DNA of 64,000 nucleotides, taken from NCBI GenBank assembly GCA_038733315.1, contig JAVYPJ010000002.1:84571-148570 (forward strand). The letters are read 5' to 3'. Below are positions 58,871 through 64,000 of this stretch, one piece after another. Position 1 is the stretch's first letter. The number at the start of each line of letters is the position of its first letter. This stretch comes from Candidatus Aenigmatarchaeota archaeon (GTDB taxonomy: Archaea; Aenigmatarchaeota; Aenigmatarchaeia; CG10238-14; SpSt-28). The notes beneath the pieces were generated by a model. That model worked only from the letters and a program-made list of their open reading frames with translations, had not been told where the DNA came from and did no database searches. A program made the position numbers and the translations under genes.

Positions 58871-59225
58871 TTATAGATAGTTTTTTAGATTCTCATCTAT
58901 GTATTTACTAAAAATTCCATATACTTTCTTACTGAAGTTAATTTTGTCTTCTTCATTTATTTTTAAATTCTCTGTATAAATTTCCATTTTGCTATCTTTT
59001 TTCGAATACTTTCCTAAAAAAATCATTTTGCGATTCGGCTCTATTTCTATCACTACACCAAAAGAAAAAACTTTTCCATAAATCTCCGGCTTTAGGAAAA
59101 CATTTATTTGATATTTTTTTAATCCTGCTAGCTCCTCCTCTAAATCAACCTTTACATTTTCTTTTATTTCTTCGCATTTATACAAATATTTCTTCCCACT
59201 CTTTTGTAGTTATTTTGTTATTCAT
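58871..59225 (-). pseudogene. Hypothetical protein gene with one extra base near the 5' end
   Basis: ATG at 59225 reads MNNKITTKEWEEIFV*. Deleting one T in ATATTTGTAT joins it to the 104-aa frame (...WEEILYKCEEIKEN). Span 355 = 3n+1. Confidence 0.5.
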
Positions 59226-59324
59226 AAAAAGTAGTTAATGCCAGTATAGATATATTTTTTAATGATAAACATTTATGTTAAAATCGAGAAAATTTAACTA
59301 AATATTATTTAAAAAACTATTATT

Positions 59325-60239
59325 ATGACGTTGAAAAAAGTTTTAGATATTTCAATAGACGATTTGAAAAAATTTAACTTTATATTCGAAAATATTGGCG
59401 GATTTCAAGCTAGAAATCTTTATATAGCTGCAGAGATTTTAAAAGAATTTATATTTGATAAAAAAACGACTAAAATTCTAACTTTTACAGGAAACTTAGT
59501 TTCTACAGGCTTAAGAGGGATATTTAGAGATTTAATTAAAGAAAAATATTTTGATTTGGTAATAACTACTTGCGGAACTTTAGATCACGACATAGCAAAA
59601 ACACTCGGAAATTATTACCAAGGATTTTTTGAGTTAGACGATAAAGAATTAAGAAAGAACGAATATCATAGATTAGGAAATGTTTTAGTACCTATGAAAA
59701 ACTATGGAATAGCGATAGAAAAGTTTATTCAAAGTTTATCAGAGGAAATTTATAAGGAAAAAAAAGAGATTTCGAGTTATGAACTTTGCTGGAAAATAGG
59801 TGAGAAATTGAACGAAAGTTCTATTCTTTTCTGGGCGAATAGAAACAAAATTCCAATAGTAGTTCCTGGAATTTTTGATGGCGCGGTTGGCTATCAGTTT
59901 TGGTTATTTACCCAAAAACATAGAGATTTTATAATAAACGTTGCCTTAGATGAAGATTTGATTAGCGACATTGTTTGGAAAAGTGAAAAATTAGCAGGTT
60001 TAATTATTGGTGGAGGTATTTCTAAGCATCATGCAATTTGGCACGCTCAATTCAAAAATGGCTTAGACTATGCTATATACATATCTACAGCAATAGAAGA
60101 AGATGGTAGTTTAAGCGGCGCAAAAACAAGGGAGGCAATAAGCTGGAATAAAATAAAGGAAAATGCAAAGCATATTAATGTTTTCTGCGACGCAACAATA
60201 GCTCTACCGATTCTATTGAAAATAGCCTTAGAAAAATAG
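59325..60239 (+). CDS. dys: Deoxyhypusine synthase
   Basis: TFTGNLVSTGLR, TTCGTLDHD, HRLGNVLVP, GGGISKHH, DGSLSGAKTREAISW, DATI. Confidence 0.96.
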   Translation: MTLKKVLDISIDDLKKFNFIFENIGGFQARNLYIAAEILKEFIFDKKTTKILTFTGNLVSTGLRGIFRDLIKEKYFDLVITTCGTLDHDIAKTLGNYYQGFFELDDKELRKNEYHRLGNVLVPMKNYGIAIEKFIQSLSEEIYKEKKEISSYELCWKIGEKLNESSILFWANRNKIPIVVPGIFDGAVGYQFWLFTQKHRDFIINVALDEDLISDIVWKSEKLAGLIIGGGISKHHAIWHAQFKNGLDYAIYISTAIEEDGSLSGAKTREAISWNKIKENAKHINVFCDATIALPILLKIALEK

Positions 60240-60280
60240 AAACTTTTTGAAATTATTTAAAGCTTTATTCTTAAAATATT

Positions 60281-60451
60281 ATGGCAATAAGACATATAAC
60301 AAAGAAAATAAAATTAGGTAAAATTGCTAAGAAATCTAAAAACGCTCCTATTTGGGCAAGCATTAAGAAATATGGTTTAAAAAGAGCTAGATCGAGAAGG
60401 ATTAGACCTTATATAGAAACAAACTGGAGAAGAAAAAGAATTAAAACATAG
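60281..60451 (+). CDS. rpl39e: 50S ribosomal protein L39e (not in ORF track)
   Basis: Manual translation MAIRHITKKIKLGKIAKKSKNAPIWASIKKYGLKRARSRRIRPYIETNWRRKRIKT*; P-x-W and terminal WRR motifs. Confidence 0.88.
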   Translation: MAIRHITKKIKLGKIAKKSKNAPIWASIKKYGLKRARSRRIRPYIETNWRRKRIKT

Positions 60452-60456
60452 TTTTT

Positions 60457-61056
60457 ATGAAGAGGTATGTTATAGTTTTTGATTTAGATGGCACTATAAT
60501 TTATAGTGTAGAATATCATTCTATAGCATTTAAAAATGCAGTAAAAAAGTTAGGTTATAAAAATTATAATCAATTATATAAAAGATTTAAAAAGTTGGTT
60601 GGAATGCCCATAGAAGAAATATTAAAAATTTTAATTCCCGGAATTAATAAAGAAGAAGTTAAGAGAATAGAAAAGCTAAAAACTGAATATTTTTTAAAAA
60701 ACTTAAAGCAAATAAAATTAAACAAAAGACTAATAGAAATTATAAAGAAGGTAAGAGCCAGGGGAATAAAAACAGCTATATTTACTTCCACTTCAAAAAA
60801 ATTAACCAAAATTATTCTTAAAAAATTTAAAATATACCAATATTTCGATTACTTAGTATGCAAAGAAGATGTTAAAAAACATAAACCAAATGCAGAAGGT
60901 CTTATAAAGATAATGAAAAAATTTAATACAAAAAACATAATTTACATAGGCGATTCAAAATTTGATAAAATCGCTGCAAAAAAAGCTAAAATAAGATATA
61001 TTGATGTTAGGAAAGTTAGTATAGAAAAAATATATAAAACTTTAGGTATTGATTAA
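60457..61056 (+). CDS. HAD phosphatase (beta-PGM/Gph-like)
   Basis: FDLDGT, FTS, HKPNAE, IGDS. Confidence 0.9.
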   Translation: MKRYVIVFDLDGTIIYSVEYHSIAFKNAVKKLGYKNYNQLYKRFKKLVGMPIEEILKILIPGINKEEVKRIEKLKTEYFLKNLKQIKLNKRLIEIIKKVRARGIKTAIFTSTSKKLTKIILKKFKIYQYFDYLVCKEDVKKHKPNAEGLIKIMKKFNTKNIIYIGDSKFDKIAAKKAKIRYIDVRKVSIEKIYKTLGID

Positions 61057-61062
61057 TTTAGT

Positions 61063-61398
61063 ATGGCAAAAACAAAAATAAACAATATAGGAATAGAAGG
61101 AGTTGAACCTCCAAAAAAAATGTGTAAAGATATTAGATGCCCTTGGCATGGTCATATAAAGATTAGAGGAAAAACTCTAGAAGGAATTGTAATTTCAACA
61201 AAAATGAGTAAAACAATAACAATAAGAAGAGATTACGTAGTTTACATTCCTAAATACGAAAGATTTATGAGAAAAATAAGCAAAATAAAAGCACATTTAT
61301 CAGATTGTATAGAGGTTAAAGAAGGAGATAAAGTTTTAATAGGAGAGACGAGACCAACATCAAAAACTAAGAGTTTCGTAGTTATTGCCAAAATATGA
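61063..61398 (+). CDS. rps17: 30S ribosomal protein S17 (uS17)
   Basis: [30 protein letters not shown]. Confidence 0.96.
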   Translation: MAKTKINNIGIEGVEPPKKMCKDIRCPWHGHIKIRGKTLEGIVISTKMSKTITIRRDYVVYIPKYERFMRKISKIKAHLSDCIEVKEGDKVLIGETRPTSKTKSFVVIAKI

Positions 61399-61793
61399 AA
61401 GGAATAACATCTAAGGTAACAAAGGCTTTGAATGTTGGTGCTAAACTAATATGTGCTGATAATAGCGGTGCAAGAATTTTGAAGATAATTTCTGTTAGAG
61501 GATATAAAGGTAAAAGAAAGAGGTATCCAAAGGCCGGATTGGCTGATATGGTTAAGGTTAGCGTAGTTGAAGGAACACCACAAGTCAAAAAACAAGTTTT
61601 TTGGGCCGTTATAGTTAGACAGAAAAAAGAGGTTAGAAGAGCAAGCGGTTTAAGGGTAAAATTTGAAGATAATGCCGCGGTTATAGTTAATGATTTGGGA
61701 GAACCAAAGGGGACAGAAATTAGAGGACCAATAGCTAAGGAAGTTGTTGAAAGGTTCAGCGCAATTGGAAAAATAGCTTCTCAAGTTGTTTAA
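61395..61793 (+). CDS. rpl14: 50S ribosomal protein L14 (uL14)
   Basis: [30 protein letters not shown]. Confidence 0.97.
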   Translation: MKGITSKVTKALNVGAKLICADNSGARILKIISVRGYKGKRKRYPKAGLADMVKVSVVEGTPQVKKQVFWAVIVRQKKEVRRASGLRVKFEDNAAVIVNDLGEPKGTEIRGPIAKEVVERFSAIGKIASQVV

Positions 61794-61799
61794 TCATTT

Positions 61800-62849
61800 A
61801 TGAAAAGATGTAAAAAATGGTTAGAATGGGGAGAATATTCAGTACTTTTTGAAAATCCGTTTAAATCATTTTTCACAATATTAAACAAAAAAAGATTAGT
61901 AGGGGAATATCCAAAACTTCTTAATTTTTTTATAACATGGAAATGTAATTTGAGATGTAGGTTATGTAACATATGGAAACTTAAAGATAAAACTGAGATA
62001 CCACCAAAAAAAGTTTCTGAAATTTTTTCTCAAAAAACACTAAAAAAATTAAAATTAGTTAAAATTAGCGGTGGAGAACCTACGCTACATTCAAATTTTT
62101 TAGATATAATAAAAATTATTAAAAGCAGCTTACCAAAAACGTTAATAGTAGTTAGTACTAATGGCTTTCCATTTCAAAGAGTAAAGGGAATAATTGAAAA
62201 AAGTATAGAAATAAATCCAGAAATAATATTTTCTATTTCCATAGATGGGATTGGAAAAACTCATGATAATATGAGAGGTATAGAAAACAGTTTTTCTGAA
62301 ATAATGAAAACAATAAAATTTTTGAAGAATATAGAGGAAAAAACTAAGAATGTGAATCTAAGATTAAGCTTTACTATTTCTCCATGGAATTATAGAGATT
62401 TGGAAAAGGTAATTTTTTTAGCTAAAAGATTAAATACGTATATTGGAATTAGATTTTTTCAAACAAGTAAGCATATGTATGGAAACAACACAGCTTTAAG
62501 AGAATTGTACATAGATAAAAACTTGTTATTTTACGTTAACAAAACTCTAAGAAAACTTGGCTTAAATACTTTTCAGAAAAACATTGTTTTTAATTTAGTT
62601 TTTAAAAGAAAATTAATTTGCACAGCATTTACAAATTCTCTATGTATAACACCAGATGCATATGTTAAGTATTGCATCTATTCCGAAAAACTTTTTATGG
62701 CTAATAAGCTCGACGAATTATGGAACTCCAAACAATCTAAAATTATACGAAAAAAGATGTATAATTGCAATTTTTGCTGGACTGATTGTCAATCTATTCC
62801 AGATATTATATCTCTGCCCTATTTATTAAAGATTGGTAAACTTTATTAA
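61800..62849 (+). CDS. Radical SAM protein with SPASM/twitch-like C-terminus
   Basis: CNLRCRLC, SGGEP, STNG, SIDG; C-terminal CTAF...YC...CNFCWTDC. Confidence 0.9.
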   Translation: MKRCKKWLEWGEYSVLFENPFKSFFTILNKKRLVGEYPKLLNFFITWKCNLRCRLCNIWKLKDKTEIPPKKVSEIFSQKTLKKLKLVKISGGEPTLHSNFLDIIKIIKSSLPKTLIVVSTNGFPFQRVKGIIEKSIEINPEIIFSISIDGIGKTHDNMRGIENSFSEIMKTIKFLKNIEEKTKNVNLRLSFTISPWNYRDLEKVIFLAKRLNTYIGIRFFQTSKHMYGNNTALRELYIDKNLLFYVNKTLRKLGLNTFQKNIVFNLVFKRKLICTAFTNSLCITPDAYVKYCIYSEKLFMANKLDELWNSKQSKIIRKKMYNCNFCWTDCQSIPDIISLPYLLKIGKLY

Positions 62850-63534
62850 TTAAGTCTTTAACATAGTCTTTATCTTTTTCTTCTAATCCAAAAAAACTAA
62901 TAAATATCTCTGAAACCTTTTCTTTATTTTCATGTATTATCATTTCTTTTAATTTTTCATTCAAGGAATCTTCTAATTTTTCATCTATACCACTTATTTC
63001 AACTAAGGTAAAGTATTTCATAATTTCTTCAAAAAGGTTTGAATTCATATACTTAAGTTCTTCGAGCATTTCCTTTCTTATTTTATCTCTTTTTTCGTTA
63101 TAAACTATTTTATCTTTTCCATAATCTATTGGGCAAGAGATGATGTGAAAAAATAATTCTTTTTCATTTTTTAAATTATATTTTTTCATAAACTCGCTAA
63201 CTTCGTTAAAATTTTTTGCAAACCATTCTCCATAAATTACATAAATTTTATTATATTGCCTTTCTAGAACGCTTGGGATTCTTATTAACGATGAAAAATC
63301 ACTAAGGGAAAGCTTAAGAATATATACATATAACACATTCTTCCAATCATTTTTTTCAATCCCATTTTCTAAAAGAAGTTTAAATATATTTTTAATTTCT
63401 TCAGCGTCTTTAGCTCCTTCGATTTTTCTGAAAATCTCCTCTACTTTTTCCCGTATTTTCGGTGTTACGATTTTTTCTTTATCATTTTCTATAATTTTTT
63501 TAAAGATTTCTCGATGTAATTTTGAAACCACCAT
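62806..63534 (-). CDS. Hypothetical protein
   Basis: 242-aa helical, charged ORF. Confidence 0.65.
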   Translation of the reverse strand: MVVSKLHREIFKKIIENDKEKIVTPKIREKVEEIFRKIEGAKDAEEIKNIFKLLLENGIEKNDWKNVLYVYILKLSLSDFSSLIRIPSVLERQYNKIYVIYGEWFAKNFNEVSEFMKKYNLKNEKELFFHIISCPIDYGKDKIVYNEKRDKIRKEMLEELKYMNSNLFEEIMKYFTLVEISGIDEKLEDSLNEKLKEMIIHENKEKVSEIFISFFGLEEKDKDYVKDLINKVYQSLINRAEI

Positions 63535-63580
63535 TAAAATCTGTATTTTTTAGATTTAAATTTTTTGTCCACGAATAATT

Positions 63581-64000
63581 ATGAAAGCTTATGATTTAAA
63601 ATCGAATACCTTTACACTTTTTAACGATAGTGAAAATTTACACTCCTTATTAAAAAGAGAATTTATGCTAAGTGATGAAGATGTTGATGTAGTAGCGAAA
63701 GAAATACATAAGACATTGAAAAGTTTTAAAAAAAGCGATAGAGCAAAATCATCTAAAATTATATTAGAAATTCTTAACTATGTTAAAAAATTTCGCTTAA
63801 TCGGAAATAGTGCCGCTAAAGCCTTATGCATACTTCTATGTAATTATAGAAAAAAGAGAAAGTTTGTACCAATACAATATGCTACATTAAAGTTTCTCAT
63901 AGATGAAGGAAATCTTAGATATAGTATAGTAAACGATATAATTGGGGGGTTTATCGAAGTTTATGTAGGCGGAAATAAACGATACGAAATATCTACAAAA
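63581..64000 (+). CDS. Hypothetical protein (runs off window; not in ORF track)
   Basis: Open frame from ATG 63581 (MKAYDLKSNTFTLFND...) to the window end. Confidence 0.6.
   Translation, partial: MKAYDLKSNTFTLFNDSENLHSLLKREFMLSDEDVDVVAKEIHKTLKSFKKSDRAKSSKIILEILNYVKKFRLIGNSAAKALCILLCNYRKKRKFVPIQYATLKFLIDEGNLRYSIVNDIIGGFIEVYVGGNKRYEISTK

Noticed and set aside
1-64000. Stop-codon reassignment, split (trans-spliced) tRNA halves, rRNA, integrase/transposase
   Set aside because: Core genes are intact in the standard code with all three stops used, all eight tRNA genes are complete, and no such elements were recognised.

Overview
A very AT-rich, gene-dense archaeal chromosome segment. Several features point to a reduced DPANN-type lineage, probably thermophilic (Aenigmarchaeota/Nanoarchaeota-like; this is inference): GC-rich tRNAs in an AT-rich background, scattered ribosomal-protein genes, mostly SD-less ATG starts, a tRNA-Ile with UAU anticodon and many tiny pilin-like genes. 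Most content is housekeeping: FtsZ, SepF, Cdc6/Orc1, SMC-ScpA, Mre11-Rad50, aIF5B, thermosome, prefoldin, Tyr/Arg/Ser/Ala-tRNA synthetases, uL30/uL16/uS17/uL14/eL39, TrmY, a TtuA-like enzyme, Pcc1, DHS, NrdJ, IscS/IscU, GDH and PepA. There are 8 tRNA genes, 3 with BHB introns. I found no rRNA, CRISPR array, integrase or transposase. Most notable observations: (1) the introns occur only in the UNU-anticodon tRNAs and are built from reverse complements of their own flanking exon sequence, which gives an alternative fold incompatible with the splicing motif; (2) a head-to-head pair of complete but divergent TyrRS genes; (3) a tetraether lipid synthase (Tes/GDGT-MAS)-like radical SAM enzyme that lacks the N-terminal metal site; (4) a pilin-like protein carrying a DUF2341 + 3x RCC1 cassette, flanked by a perfect in-frame 24-bp direct repeat and variable only in two patches; (5) an SMC with roughly half-length arms; (6) a second, degenerate SepF; (7) a short Bd0055-like histone. 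All assignments come from motif recognition by eye; no searches were run.
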